Shown here piece after piece: positions 47,654-58,154 of a DNA stretch of 64,000 nucleotides. The notes below the pieces were generated by a model. That model did no database searches. It was given only the letters and a program-made list of their open reading frames with translations, and was not told where the DNA came from. The position numbers were made by a program, and so were the translations under genes. The DNA is taken from NCBI GenBank assembly GCA_031289755.1, contig JAITOU010000001.1, positions 3,316 through 67,315 of the forward strand, in the 5' to 3' direction. The stretch is from Clostridiales bacterium. Its GTDB lineage: Bacteria; Bacillota; Clostridia; Christensenellales; JAISNN01. Within the stretch, counting starts at the first letter, position 1. Every line of letters begins with the position of its first letter.

Positions 47654-48835
47654 TTACCGTTCCTTAAAGATATCGCCGAGAATTTTGATACCGCGTTCTA
47701 TTTGCTCGTCCGTGCTGTTGCTAAAATTGAGCCTTAGAGTATTGCGCACGTCCCCCGAAGCATAGAAATCTATGCCATTGACATATGCCACCTTGCTTTG
47801 CAACGCTCTGACAAAATAGTCCGAAGTATCCGTCCCTTCTTTGAATGAGCCGAAGATAAATAAGCCGCCGTCGGGATTTGTACATTCAAAGTCCGTCGGC
47901 ATATATTTTTTTATCGCTTCTCTCATGAGCGATTTTTTTGAGCTGTATATCGGAAGTATCTTCTTTAAATGACCGTCGAGATAATTCCCTCTCAAAAAGC
48001 CGTCGCAAAGAGCCTGAGAGAGAGCGGAGGTATGCACGTCGGTCGCCTGCTTGCAGAGAATCATTTTGGCTATGATTTCCTTGTCGGCGACGCACACGCC
48101 GCAGCGTATTCCGGGCGAGATGATTTTGCTGTAACTCGTATTGTAGATGACGTTGCCGGTAGTATCGAGGCTTTTTATAGATTGAACGTATTCGCCGCCG
48201 AAGCGGAGATGAGAATACGAGTCGTCCTCTAATATAATCGTCCCGTATTTGACGGCGAGTTCGAGTATCTTTTTTCTTTTAGAGAGCGGATAATTTTTGC
48301 CGGTAGGATTGCCGAAGGTCGGCACGAGATAGATAAATTTCGGCTTATATTTTTTTATCTTAGCTTCCAAATCGTCCGTGTCTATACCGTCGTGGTTTGA
48401 CTTTACGCCATAAGCCTTAGCTTCGTAAGTCTTTAAAATATGCAGGACGGCTATATAGGTCGGGTCTTCGACGAGTATGCAGTCGCCTTTGTTGAGAAAG
48501 ACCTTACAGGTAAGGTCTATCCCCTGCTGTCCGCCCGTAATAATGAGAGTATTGTCCGTGTCTATACCGTCTATTCCCATTCTTTTGACGAAATCAACCG
48601 AGCTTTGCCTGAGCGGCATATATCCTTCCGTCGAGCCGTATTGCAGGACGCCGTAAATGCTCTTATCTTTAAAAAGCTTCTCGCTCAATTCCGATAATAT
48701 CTCTACCGGCAACGCTTCTTTATTGGGCATACCGCCCGCAAAGGAAATCATTTGCGGGTCTGACAAATATTTAAAAATCTCTCTGATAGCGTTGGCTTTG
48801 AGTCCCTTCATTCTGTCGCTGAAATCAAATTCCAC
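47654..48835 (-). CDS. PLP-dependent aminotransferase (2-aminoadipate/aromatic type)
   Basis: ISFAGGMP, QYGSTEG, NPTG, EDDSY, SYSKIISPGIR, LRLNFS. Confidence 0.9.
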   Translation of the reverse strand: MEFDFSDRMKGLKANAIREIFKYLSDPQMISFAGGMPNKEALPVEILSELSEKLFKDKSIYGVLQYGSTEGYMPLRQSSVDFVKRMGIDGIDTDNTLIITGGQQGIDLTCKVFLNKGDCILVEDPTYIAVLHILKTYEAKAYGVKSNHDGIDTDDLEAKIKKYKPKFIYLVPTFGNPTGKNYPLSKRKKILELAVKYGTIILEDDSYSHLRFGGEYVQSIKSLDTTGNVIYNTSYSKIISPGIRCGVCVADKEIIAKMILCKQATDVHTSALSQALCDGFLRGNYLDGHLKKILPIYSSKKSLMREAIKKYMPTDFECTNPDGGLFIFGSFKEGTDTSDYFVRALQSKVAYVNGIDFYASGDVRNTLRLNFSNSTDEQIERGIKILGDIFKER

Positions 48836-48921
48836 TTAAAAAATCCTCCGTTAAAAAAACAAATATGTGCGTTGAAAATTAAAGTTATTTCTGCGGTCAA
48901 AAAATCCTTTTGCCGTTTAAG

Positions 48922-50127
48922 TTACAACTTTTCCGCGCCGCCGCACACGACCGCTCCGGCAGTGCCGTCCGCTCCGAAAATAGTTATGCGGTCGCCGTCC
49001 TTCATGCCAGAAACTCCGACCTGCGGAAGCCCTTGCTTTTCGATTTTAAAGTATCCCGATTCAAGTCTTTTTAACGGACTTGACTTGTCGAGAGCTATCG
49101 CCGCTTTTTCAAATAAGCTCCGCTTATATGCCAGCAGGGCGGCGGCGTTACCGACAAGCGCGGACACCGAAGCTTTGAGCAGCATCAGCTTATTGGACGT
49201 GAGCTTTCCGGCGTCTGCGGACAGCGATTTGAGAGCGGAAACAAGTCTGATTTTTTTGTATTCGTAGTTGTTTGACACAAGCTGTTTTTGCCGTCTTATG
49301 AATGCTATAATAACGTCCTTTAAAGCCTGCTCGTCAAAGGCGATATACTCTGCGGCGGCGGTCGGCGTAGGCATTCTCAGGTCGGCTGCCATATCGCAAA
49401 TAGAAAAATCCGTCTCGTGTCCGACTGCGGAAATCACCGGCGTTTTCATATTAAAAACCGCCGTTGCCACCTCTTCGCTATAAAAAGGCATAAGGTCTTC
49501 GAGCGAACCGCCGCCGCGTGCCACGACTACTATATCGAAGCCCAGCTTATCGACGTTTTTGAGCGCGCGCGCGATGTCGTCGGCGGCTCTGTCGCCCTGT
49601 ACCCTTACGTCGCAAACGGTGATATTCAAGCCCTTATTTTTTTTGCGCACGGTCGTTATGATGTCGCGTATTACCGCGCCGCTTTTGCTCGTCACTATAC
49701 ATACGTTGTCGGCATATCTCGGCACGGGGATTTTATTGTCCGCGTCAAAGACTCCGGCTCGGCTCAACTTTTCTTTTAATTCTTCTATTTTTTTATACAA
49801 TAAGCCCTGTCCGTACGGCTCTATGCCGCCGACGTTAAAGGACAGTCGTCCGCCCTTGACATAATAATCCGGCGAGCCTTGTACGATGACCGCCTCGCCG
49901 TTTTTCGGCACATAAGTTTTGCGGTAAGAGAAGCAACAGCATGAAAGCTGTGAGCTTTCGTCCTTTAAGGTAAAATACGCGTGCGCCCCCGAAATATTGA
50001 TACCCGAAATTTCTCCGACGATAAAAATATCGTGAAGCATCTCTTCCGATTTAAAAATGCGGTTTATAATTTCATTCAATTCCGTCACGGTCAACGTGAC
50101 GTTTCCGGCATTTTTCACTAATTTCAA
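48922..50127 (-). CDS. xseA: Exodeoxyribonuclease VII large subunit
   Basis: YFTLKD, VQG, ARGGGSLEDL, SAVGHETD, PTPTAAAE. Confidence 0.96.
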   Translation of the reverse strand: MKLVKNAGNVTLTVTELNEIINRIFKSEEMLHDIFIVGEISGINISGAHAYFTLKDESSQLSCCCFSYRKTYVPKNGEAVIVQGSPDYYVKGGRLSFNVGGIEPYGQGLLYKKIEELKEKLSRAGVFDADNKIPVPRYADNVCIVTSKSGAVIRDIITTVRKKNKGLNITVCDVRVQGDRAADDIARALKNVDKLGFDIVVVARGGGSLEDLMPFYSEEVATAVFNMKTPVISAVGHETDFSICDMAADLRMPTPTAAAEYIAFDEQALKDVIIAFIRRQKQLVSNNYEYKKIRLVSALKSLSADAGKLTSNKLMLLKASVSALVGNAAALLAYKRSLFEKAAIALDKSSPLKRLESGYFKIEKQGLPQVGVSGMKDGDRITIFGADGTAGAVVCGGAEKL

Positions 50128-50158
50128 TCCTCAAAAAAGCAGGCGCGTTCAAAAAAAA

Positions 50159-51016
50159 TCAAAGCGACGCGCCTACCTTTCTTTTAAAGCTTTGCAAGGT
50201 ATTTTTGAGAAGCATAGTTATAGTCATAGGTCCGACGCCGCCCGGAACGGGCGTGATTGCCGAAGCCTTTTCCTTGACGTTTTCAAAGTCGACGTCGCCG
50301 CAAAGCTTTCCGTCCACGCTGTTCATTCCCACGTCTATCACTACCGCGCCGTCCTTTATCATGTCGGCGGTGACAAATTTTGCCTTGCCTATCGCCGCGA
50401 CTACTATGTCGGCATTTTTTACCGTTTCTTTCAGGTTTTCGGTCTTGCTGTGGCAGACCGTGACCGTAGCGTTTTCGCGCAGGAGCAGCATAGCCATAGG
50501 CTTGCCTACCATATTGCTGCGCCCTATTACTACGGCGTTTTTGCCCGACATTTCCTTGCCTGCGGACTTTATCAGCTCTATAACTCCGTTAGGAGTACAC
50601 GAAATAAGGTCGGGTGTGCCTTGCAAAAGCAAGCCCTGCTGGAACGCGCTCAACCCGTCTACGTCCTTGCGCACGTCTATAAAGGGCAATATCGCGTCGC
50701 CGTCGAGCGGCTTAGGCAAAGGCAGCTGTACGAGAATGCCGTCGATATTGTCGTCGGCGTTCAATTCTATTATCGTTCTGATAAGCGTTTCCGCATCGAC
50801 GTCCGCGCCGAATTGCCTATGAACGGAAAAAAATCCCGCTTCCTGACAGGCGAGAATTTTGTTTTTGACATAGACCTTACTCGCCGGGTCTTCGCCTGCG
50901 ATAATCACGGCAAGACCGGGGATTTTTCCGTATTGATTTTTGAGCTGCTCCGTTTCTTTTTTGATATCCAATCGGATTTTTTGAGACAAAGCCTTTCCGT
51001 CTATAATGTAAGCCAT
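50159..51016 (-). CDS. folD: Methylene-THF dehydrogenase/cyclohydrolase
   Basis: GILVQLPLP, KDVDG, GRSNMVGKP, TPVPGGVGPMT. Confidence 0.98.
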   Translation of the reverse strand: MAYIIDGKALSQKIRLDIKKETEQLKNQYGKIPGLAVIIAGEDPASKVYVKNKILACQEAGFFSVHRQFGADVDAETLIRTIIELNADDNIDGILVQLPLPKPLDGDAILPFIDVRKDVDGLSAFQQGLLLQGTPDLISCTPNGVIELIKSAGKEMSGKNAVVIGRSNMVGKPMAMLLLRENATVTVCHSKTENLKETVKNADIVVAAIGKAKFVTADMIKDGAVVIDVGMNSVDGKLCGDVDFENVKEKASAITPVPGGVGPMTITMLLKNTLQSFKRKVGASL

Positions 51017-51059
51017 TCAAACCACCCTTTAAAATTTAAAAAACTTTTGTAAAATACCG

Positions 51060-51623
51060 TTATTCAAGATTATCTTCGATATCCTGCACGGTTATATCCG
51101 ATTCGGTTTCTTCAAACTCCGTTTCGTCGGCTTCGGTGTCGTCAAGCTCGGTTGTATCCGATTCGGTTTCATCAAGCTCCGTTTCGTCAAGTTCGATTGT
51201 ATACGGCTCGGTCAAATCTTCGGTATGCAAATTTTTGAGATAGCCTGACAAGACGCCGTTGACATACGAGTAGCTCTTTTCGGTGGAAAACTTTTTGACA
51301 AGATTGACGGCTTCGTTGACCGAAACGGCTTCGGGAATGCCGTCGCAGGTCTTTATCTCGTATATAGCGACGATGAGCGCGGCAAGGTCGGTTTTAAAAA
51401 TTCTGTCTATTTTAAAATCGATAATATGCTCCGAAATCTCCTTGACCAAGCCGTCAAAGCGACCCGATATGCCAAAATAGCTGTCGTTGATATAGCTCTT
51501 GTCGTCATCGCTCAAATTATTGTCGATAAGCATAAGTTCAAGCGTATCCTTGTTGACGCCCTTCAAAAACAAGTATTCAAAAACAAGCTGGTATAGTATT
51601 TCTCTCGCGACCTTTCTGCTCAT
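51060..51623 (-). CDS. nusB: Antitermination factor NusB with acidic tail
   Basis: SRKVARE, VSVNEAVNLVKKF, YVNGVL. Confidence 0.95.
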   Translation of the reverse strand: MSRKVAREILYQLVFEYLFLKGVNKDTLELMLIDNNLSDDDKSYINDSYFGISGRFDGLVKEISEHIIDFKIDRIFKTDLAALIVAIYEIKTCDGIPEAVSVNEAVNLVKKFSTEKSYSYVNGVLSGYLKNLHTEDLTEPYTIELDETELDETESDTTELDDTEADETEFEETESDITVQDIEDNLE

Positions 51624-51706
51624 AGTATCCTTATGTTACGCGCCGCAATCATATCGGCGGACGGCGCGGTATTATTCCGCATAGTACATTATGCCGTGCG
51701 CCGCAA

Positions 51707-52009
51707 TCATATCGGCATGATGACGCTGATAATATTGACGTTGACCTTTTCGACGGTGTATTTTGTCCTGCGCTCGATATCCTTTTTGATTTTTGTCTGA
51801 ATATTATATGCAAGCTCGGGGACACTGTACCCGAAAGCGGCATTTATATTGACGTCGACAAAAACCTTGTCGCCGGACATATATATCTGAAAATGCCCTT
51901 CATGACTGCCTGCCTGCGGAGCTATTCCGGCAATATCGCTTATCGCCGCGCCCGCAAGCGAAGCGATAATGTCCTCGTTATGATTTAAAGAAGTATTTTT
52001 CTTAGCCAT
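51707..52009 (-). CDS. Asp23/Gls24 family protein
   Basis: FGYSVPELAYNIQ...VNVNI; usual position upstream of nusB. Confidence 0.85.
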   Translation of the reverse strand: MAKKNTSLNHNEDIIASLAGAAISDIAGIAPQAGSHEGHFQIYMSGDKVFVDVNINAAFGYSVPELAYNIQTKIKKDIERRTKYTVEKVNVNIISVIMPI

Positions 52010-52093
52010 AATGCCCTCGTTTTTTTAAGAACCCGTTTAGTTTTTACGAAGTCTATTATATCATAACCGTAAAGATTTAACAAGAAGTTTATC

Positions 52094-52146
52094 GGACTTC
52101 TTGCAAAATTAAATTCACACGTTTTTTGCCGTTTTGCAAAAAGTCT
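52094..52146. mobile_element. Internally deleted family-1 MITE
   Basis: GGACTTCTTGCAAAATTAAATT...TTTTGCAAAAAGTCT. Confidence 0.55.
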
Positions 52147-52253
52147 GTTTTTTGCAACACCTTTCCCCTATCTCAAAAAACAAAAAGACCGCTGCGGTAA
52201 AAATTTGCCGTAACGGTCTTTTTTGTCATATCTGCAAAATGTTTTTTAAAATT

Positions 52254-55200
52254 TTAATAATGATGTCTTAACGACTTGCGTTTGATAACGAGTATGCCCG
52301 CGCCTATCGTGGTCTCAAAGCCCAAGAGTGAAAAGAGCCATAACTTTGTCGGTTTTTTGTTGGCGGCAGCCAAGAGTCTTGTTCTGCCGTCTTCGTAGGC
52401 GGCCGTCGCGTCCGTAAAGCTTTTCGCGGCGTCTATCGCCGCTATCGCTTCGTCGTATATCTTTTTGAGTTCCTTGTCTAACTTATCGCCGGCCTTGTCC
52501 GTCAGTTCGTCGTAGAGTTCTTTTAGCTTCTCTTTCAGATAATCCTTATAGTCGTCATTACCGTCTTCGTCATCGCCGTCGTCCAAAATAGCCTGATACT
52601 CTTCATCGGCTCCGTCTCTTTCGAGTATTTCTTCCATTTCTTTTATAAGCTTGTCGAGCTTGTCGTGTATTTCTCCGTCGTCCGTCTCGTCCTTTGCCTT
52701 GTCCGCATCGTCTATCCAAGAGTTTGTCCTGCCGAAAGCTACGTCGATACTGTGGTTTCCCGTGACGTTTTCAAAGGTATATCCTTCCTTGACCGCCTTT
52801 CTCGGCGCAGTTCCGCTGAGCGGCGGAGTACCTTCGTCTATCTTGTCTATCGTTATCGATTTGACGCGGTAACCGCTGTCGGGCGCAAAGGTAAAGGTTA
52901 TGTTAAGACCTTCGGTGACCTTTAAAAATCCAAAATTCAATGTTCCCGAAGTCAACGAGCCGGGTGATACCGTTCCGTTGAAGTTTGTGTAGATTATTAT
53001 TGTGTACTTAGGTTTTATAGTCCCGAAGCTCACTATGATAATATGGTCTGCCGATACGTTGACAAAGGTATATGTATTGCCGTTTATCGAGTCGTTAAGC
53101 ACGTTATCGTTCACCGCTACGCCGTCAATGGTTATCTTCGCCACTTCATATCCCGTAATCGGAGCAAAGGTGTATGTAAAGTTGCTTCCGGCTAATACGC
53201 TTGAAGATCCGCTCGGACTGACCGTGCCTTTACCGCCGCTCACCTTAGATTGAAGGGTATATGTGGTCGTCGAAACCGCCTTGAAGGTTACTTCTATCGT
53301 GCGGTCCGATGTTACGTTTAAGAACGCAACTCCGTTACTTATCGCGTTCGTGAGAACCGAACCGCTTAGAAGCGTTCCGTCAACGCGTATCGTATCTACC
53401 TGATAACCGGCATTCGCCGCAAATGTGAAGGTCCGATTAGTGCCGCTGACTACATATATCTTGCCGCTCGGTATTATTTTTCCGTTGCTGCCGCTCGTTG
53501 CCAATATATCATATACCGTAGCCGTTCTGAGTGCGAACTCTACGTCTATCGTATGGTCGCCGTTGACTCCGCTAAAAGTATATCCGCCATAATATGCTAC
53601 GTCGCCCCATTCCGACTCGTTCAATGCTACTCCGTCTACTATGATGTTCAGTATATTATAGTTTATTTCGTCCCATGTGATGTCAAATGTACGGCTTGTG
53701 CCTTCTACCACCGATATTGTTCCGAGTGGGGTTACCTTACCGCCTGCCGTCGTCGTTGACTTGATTTTGTATGTAGTCGCCGACGTTGGCGCAAACTCTG
53801 CGTCTATCGTGTGATTTGACGTTACGTTGCTAAACGTATATTTGTTATTGTTTATCGCTGCCGTAAGCGCAGCACCTTCGAGAGCCGCACCGTCTACTAT
53901 TATATTTAGTACCCTATAACCCGAAGTTGGTATGATGTCAAAGACTTGACTTCCGTCATCGTCTACCGATACCGCTCCGAGCGGAGTTATCGTTCCGCCG
54001 GACGTCGCTGTCGACGTGATAGTATGTGTTGCAAGTGACGCAAATACTATATCTATCGTACGATCCCCCGTTACGTTATTGAACGTATAATATCTGTTGT
54101 TTATCGCAGTCGTGAGAGACGTACCGCTCAAAGCAGTTCCGTTTACTACTATATTCTGTATCTTATATCCGCTGTTTGCGGCAAAGTTAAACGTTTGACT
54201 TCCGTTTGTCGCAATACGGAAGCTTCCTAACGGCGTTATATTTCCGCCTGCCGCCGGCGTAGCCGTCGACGTGATAGTATATATCGTAGCTCCTACGGGA
54301 GCAAAGGCTACTTCTATCGTATGATTGCCGTTGACGTTGTTAAAGGTATATCCGTTTGCAAGCGCGTCGGCAAATTCTGAAACGTTCAGGGCCTTTCCGT
54401 CGACAAGTATATTTAATATTTGGTCGTTGACGTTCTGTTCAAAATAAAAGGTTTGGTCATTGCCTGATACGACATTTATCGTTCCGCTCGGTATTATTCT
54501 GCTGTCAGACGGCAGAGTACCCGTTATCGGATATGTCGGCGAAGCAATTATCTGATATATAGTCGCCGAAGTCAGCGCGAAAGTTACGTCAATAGTACGG
54601 TCATCTATTATCATGTTGTCCATCAAATATCCGTTAGCAATCGCATCGGCAAGAGTTGGAGTAGTAGAGCTGCCGAGAGCTATTCCGTCTACTATGATAT
54701 TAAGCACTCTATATCCGCTGTTCGTAGCAAAAGTATACAATTGCTCCTGACCCGCGAGTACGTTTACTACGCCTTTCGGAGTAATATTGCCGTTTGCACC
54801 TGCCGTCGCCGTTATTGTAAAAGATGTCGCTAAGGTCGGCGCGAACATTACTTTTATCGTATGATTTGCCGTTACGTTATAAAATGTATATCCGTTATTC
54901 GATATCACTTCGGCAATTTGCGTGCTATCGATTGCCGTTCCGTCCACTATGATGTTTTGCACTCTGAAATTTGAAGCAGGAGTAATAGTAAAAAACCGGT
55001 CTGTTCCGGACGTTACCGACACATATCCGTCCGGGCTTCCGTCGGGGCTTATATAGCCGCCGGTACTTGAAGCAGGAGCTGTCGTCACCGTAGGCGTTAT
55101 GAAGTACATAACGGGGTCGGCATATGACGTTCCCGACCCTGCGGTATCTATCGCTCCCCCGTTTTGACCGAGATTTAAGGACAACGCAAAAGCAGACGTA

Positions 55201-55319
55201 AGTATTACGGCAACCAAAACTACCGATAAAAATACGCCTTTCAATCCCGAAACTTTTTTAGATAAAGCTATCGCCGCGTCATGGCTGTTTGACGCAGCTT
55301 TTTCTTTTTTTCCAACCAT
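52254..55319 (-). CDS. Large surface protein with about 9 InlB B-repeat-like beta repeats
   Basis: N-terminal TM; repeats GxITPxG...F...GYRVxNIIVDG...YTFxNVTxNHTIxVxF; acidic helical domain; C-terminal hydrophobic segment and basic tail. Confidence 0.85.
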   Translation of the reverse strand: MVGKKEKAASNSHDAAIALSKKVSGLKGVFLSVVLVAVILTSAFALSLNLGQNGGAIDTAGSGTSYADPVMYFITPTVTTAPASSTGGYISPDGSPDGYVSVTSGTDRFFTITPASNFRVQNIIVDGTAIDSTQIAEVISNNGYTFYNVTANHTIKVMFAPTLATSFTITATAGANGNITPKGVVNVLAGQEQLYTFATNSGYRVLNIIVDGIALGSSTTPTLADAIANGYLMDNMIIDDRTIDVTFALTSATIYQIIASPTYPITGTLPSDSRIIPSGTINVVSGNDQTFYFEQNVNDQILNILVDGKALNVSEFADALANGYTFNNVNGNHTIEVAFAPVGATIYTITSTATPAAGGNITPLGSFRIATNGSQTFNFAANSGYKIQNIVVNGTALSGTSLTTAINNRYYTFNNVTGDRTIDIVFASLATHTITSTATSGGTITPLGAVSVDDDGSQVFDIIPTSGYRVLNIIVDGAALEGAALTAAINNNKYTFSNVTSNHTIDAEFAPTSATTYKIKSTTTAGGKVTPLGTISVVEGTSRTFDITWDEINYNILNIIVDGVALNESEWGDVAYYGGYTFSGVNGDHTIDVEFALRTATVYDILATSGSNGKIIPSGKIYVVSGTNRTFTFAANAGYQVDTIRVDGTLLSGSVLTNAISNGVAFLNVTSDRTIEVTFKAVSTTTYTLQSKVSGGKGTVSPSGSSSVLAGSNFTYTFAPITGYEVAKITIDGVAVNDNVLNDSINGNTYTFVNVSADHIIIVSFGTIKPKYTIIIYTNFNGTVSPGSLTSGTLNFGFLKVTEGLNITFTFAPDSGYRVKSITIDKIDEGTPPLSGTAPRKAVKEGYTFENVTGNHSIDVAFGRTNSWIDDADKAKDETDDGEIHDKLDKLIKEMEEILERDGADEEYQAILDDGDDEDGNDDYKDYLKEKLKELYDELTDKAGDKLDKELKKIYDEAIAAIDAAKSFTDATAAYEDGRTRLLAAANKKPTKLWLFSLLGFETTIGAGILVIKRKSLRHHY

Positions 55320-55440
55320 AATTTCTCCTTCGATTTGGTCAAACCCCAACCCTTGCCAAACCGCTAATAAAATTCTAAAACAATACCAAATCGATATAAA
55401 ATATTATTGAAATCGATTTTACACCCTTTGTTTTAATCTA

Positions 55441-55470
55441 AGTATACACCCGTTTTTTTGTCCTTGTCAA
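55441..55470 (-). promoter_or_regulatory. Sigma-A promoter of the surface protein
   Basis: TTGACA-N18-TATACT. Confidence 0.7.
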
Positions 55471-55886
55471 CCTTTTTTGTAAAATATTCAACATTTTTCA
55501 ACATTTTTTAACCATGAACAATGTATCTTGTGGATTAAAAATTTTCTTCCACAACGCCTTTTTAAAAAAACTTCAAAACCCCACGCGCTTCTATACCTTT
55601 TAAGCCAAAAGGTACTATATCGCGCACGTCTTCACGGCTTTTTATATATCAAACATTATCAATACCCTTATCTGCCGACACTGCACATGACCACCGTTTC
55701 TATAAGTCGGCTCGCCTACGGCAGCTGCAAAACCCACCCGAACGCTTTATTAGCATTAAGCTATATCCTTATATTATACTCCGATTGAAAAAAAACAAAA
55801 AAAAGCGTTAGCTCATACCGCCGTATGCGGTAAAATCGCTAACGCCCCGTTTTTTATCTTTTTTGCCTATGCAAAAAAATATGTTT

Positions 55887-58154
55887 TTATCCTTGATTTG
55901 CCGTGCCGTTGGTAGCTTCCGAGCGTGCGCGAACGGCTCTGTTCCATGTCAGCGGCCCTATTATTCCGTCGGGGCTTAGCCCGAAGCGTCTTTGAAAGGC
56001 TATTACCGCATTGCGGAAAGCTTCGTCAAAGATACCGCTGACCGCCACCTGCGGTATTTCTGGATAATAATTGTGCAATTCGTTCATAACGACCTGCATT
56101 GTCGTCACGTCCGCACCCGTCGAGCCGTAACGGAGCAGCGTTCCCGGATAATTAAAAATCGTTTCGTGCCTGCCCCTGACGAGATTGTATATTCTGACTA
56201 TTTGCCGCCATGTAACAGGACCTATCACCCCGTCGGGGGTCAGGACAAATTCGTTTTGAAAGGACACTACGGCGTCTTCGGTTAGCCTGTCGTATTCGCC
56301 GTTGACGACAAGGGGCAATACGGAATTGTATACTATCCTTATCGCGCTGAGATATTGCTGCATGAGCCTTATGTCGGGCCCCGTGTCGCCGAGTCTCAGG
56401 GCTACACCCGGATAAGGAGGCGTATCGTTTTCGTCGCCGTCGCCGTTATCGGGGATTTGGACCGTTCCGCTCTCAAAGATACCCTTGTATACGGAATACA
56501 GCATATTCCAAGTCGCCGCCCCTACGATACCGTCGGCGGTCAAACCGAAATACCTTTGAAATTCCATGACTGCATTGTACACTTCGTAGCCGAAGTAGCT
56601 GTCCTTTGCCACCGTCGGCAGCGAAGAATAGAACGGCTCGACAGCGTCCAAAATAAACTGCAATTCCAAGACGTCCGCTCCCGTGTCACCCGTCCTAAGC
56701 ACGCTCGTCGGCGGATTTAATCCTATACCTATTCTCTCCCCTTCGCTGTCTAATTCGCCCAGCTTGATGACGCCGACATAGACAAAGGAAATCTTGTACC
56801 ACGTCGCCCTGCCGACTATACCGTCGCTGACCATATTGAAGGTCGACTGAAAAGACCTGACCGCCTGCTCGGTCGTCGCGCCGAAGTAGCCGTCAGGGTC
56901 GGCTATAACGGGTATTAGCGGATAGTTTACTCTTATTCTGCGCAAATAATTTTGAATAACAGCCACGTCGCTGCCGGTACTGCCGAGTTTCAGGGAATAG
57001 CCGGGATAGCTTTCGGTAATGCGGCTGATGTTTTCGGTGACGACAAGCTCGATGTCGTTTTCGTAATAATATTTGAGAATATCGATAGGCTGCATTCCCT
57101 GCTCGGCAAGCGGCACCGTTCCCCATTGCGAAAGCCCGGCGCATACCGAAGTCGTACCGTTGCAATACTGCGTAAAATAAGGATTTTGAAAACCGATACG
57201 GCGTGCATAAATATTAAATACCTGGTCTACGGTATTCGATATGTTTTCATAATACGAACGCCCGTCGACAAAATATTGGTCGTATGCCGTAGAATTTGTT
57301 ATGTCAAAATTGTACCCCCTGCTTCTGTACCATTCCGTGTATACCCTGTTGAGCGCAAAGGTCACCTGACAATGGACGTTCGCCAAAATCGAATTTAAGG
57401 GCCACGACGGAAATATCTCACAGCTGGCGACGTTTTTGATATAATCCTCGAAGCGTACCGAAACATTTCTGACCGCATTGTTGTTCGGCGTTCCCAAATG
57501 CACCGTTATGTATTCGGGTATGTAAACGTCCTTTAAGGTGCGGCTGCTTGCGACGGTATAATGCAGCTGATTGGTCGGCAGCAACAGCCCGATAGGCGGT
57601 ATGTTTATCTCTTCGTCCGCTTCGTCTTCGCCGCCGTCGTCCGCTCCGCCGTTATTTACGCCGCCGTGATTTACGCCGCCGTTATTCGCTCCGCCGTTAT
57701 TCACGCCGCCGTTATTTACGCCGCCGCCGTTCGGGTTGCCGTTGCGGCTCTCATATTCCCCCGTTTCAGTCAAATTTGTGCCGTCCGTACCGTTTCCGTT
57801 TCCGCCGCCCCCTTTCGGCGGCGATATGCCTTTTTTTCGCAAAGGGTGCAGATTGACGGGTAGTATACTCGTCTGACCGTCGACGATTTCCACACCGTTG
57901 ACTTTTTTGCCTATAAAACCGTTTTTTGACACCGTTACATCATAGGTTTCATACGCCACCCCCATAAATTCCTGTCCGGCGGTTATACGCACGGCAGGCG
58001 CGTACAAAGCAAACACTCCCGTCTTTCCGTTCCTGTCGGTGTAAGCGTCGTACCAAATCTCTCCGCTTTTATTAGCGACGCGAACCCTTGCGCCGTCAAC
58101 GGGCAAGGCGTCGCCCGCCGTCTGGACGTTTATAGAAAAAAAACCTCTCCCCAT
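55887..58154 (-). CDS. SleC-like spore cortex-lytic enzyme with 4 PG-binding domains
   Basis: IPEYITVHLG, YIKNVASCEI, ALNRVYTEWYRSRGY, QYCNG, LSQWG; four DG(I/V)(V/I)GxxTW repeats. Confidence 0.88.
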   Translation of the reverse strand: MGRGFFSINVQTAGDALPVDGARVRVANKSGEIWYDAYTDRNGKTGVFALYAPAVRITAGQEFMGVAYETYDVTVSKNGFIGKKVNGVEIVDGQTSILPVNLHPLRKKGISPPKGGGGNGNGTDGTNLTETGEYESRNGNPNGGGVNNGGVNNGGANNGGVNHGGVNNGGADDGGEDEADEEINIPPIGLLLPTNQLHYTVASSRTLKDVYIPEYITVHLGTPNNNAVRNVSVRFEDYIKNVASCEIFPSWPLNSILANVHCQVTFALNRVYTEWYRSRGYNFDITNSTAYDQYFVDGRSYYENISNTVDQVFNIYARRIGFQNPYFTQYCNGTTSVCAGLSQWGTVPLAEQGMQPIDILKYYYENDIELVVTENISRITESYPGYSLKLGSTGSDVAVIQNYLRRIRVNYPLIPVIADPDGYFGATTEQAVRSFQSTFNMVSDGIVGRATWYKISFVYVGVIKLGELDSEGERIGIGLNPPTSVLRTGDTGADVLELQFILDAVEPFYSSLPTVAKDSYFGYEVYNAVMEFQRYFGLTADGIVGAATWNMLYSVYKGIFESGTVQIPDNGDGDENDTPPYPGVALRLGDTGPDIRLMQQYLSAIRIVYNSVLPLVVNGEYDRLTEDAVVSFQNEFVLTPDGVIGPVTWRQIVRIYNLVRGRHETIFNYPGTLLRYGSTGADVTTMQVVMNELHNYYPEIPQVAVSGIFDEAFRNAVIAFQRRFGLSPDGIIGPLTWNRAVRARSEATNGTANQG

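Noticed and set aside
47640-47660. T-box before tyrS
   Set aside because: Only 6 bp separate tyrS from the upstream gene.
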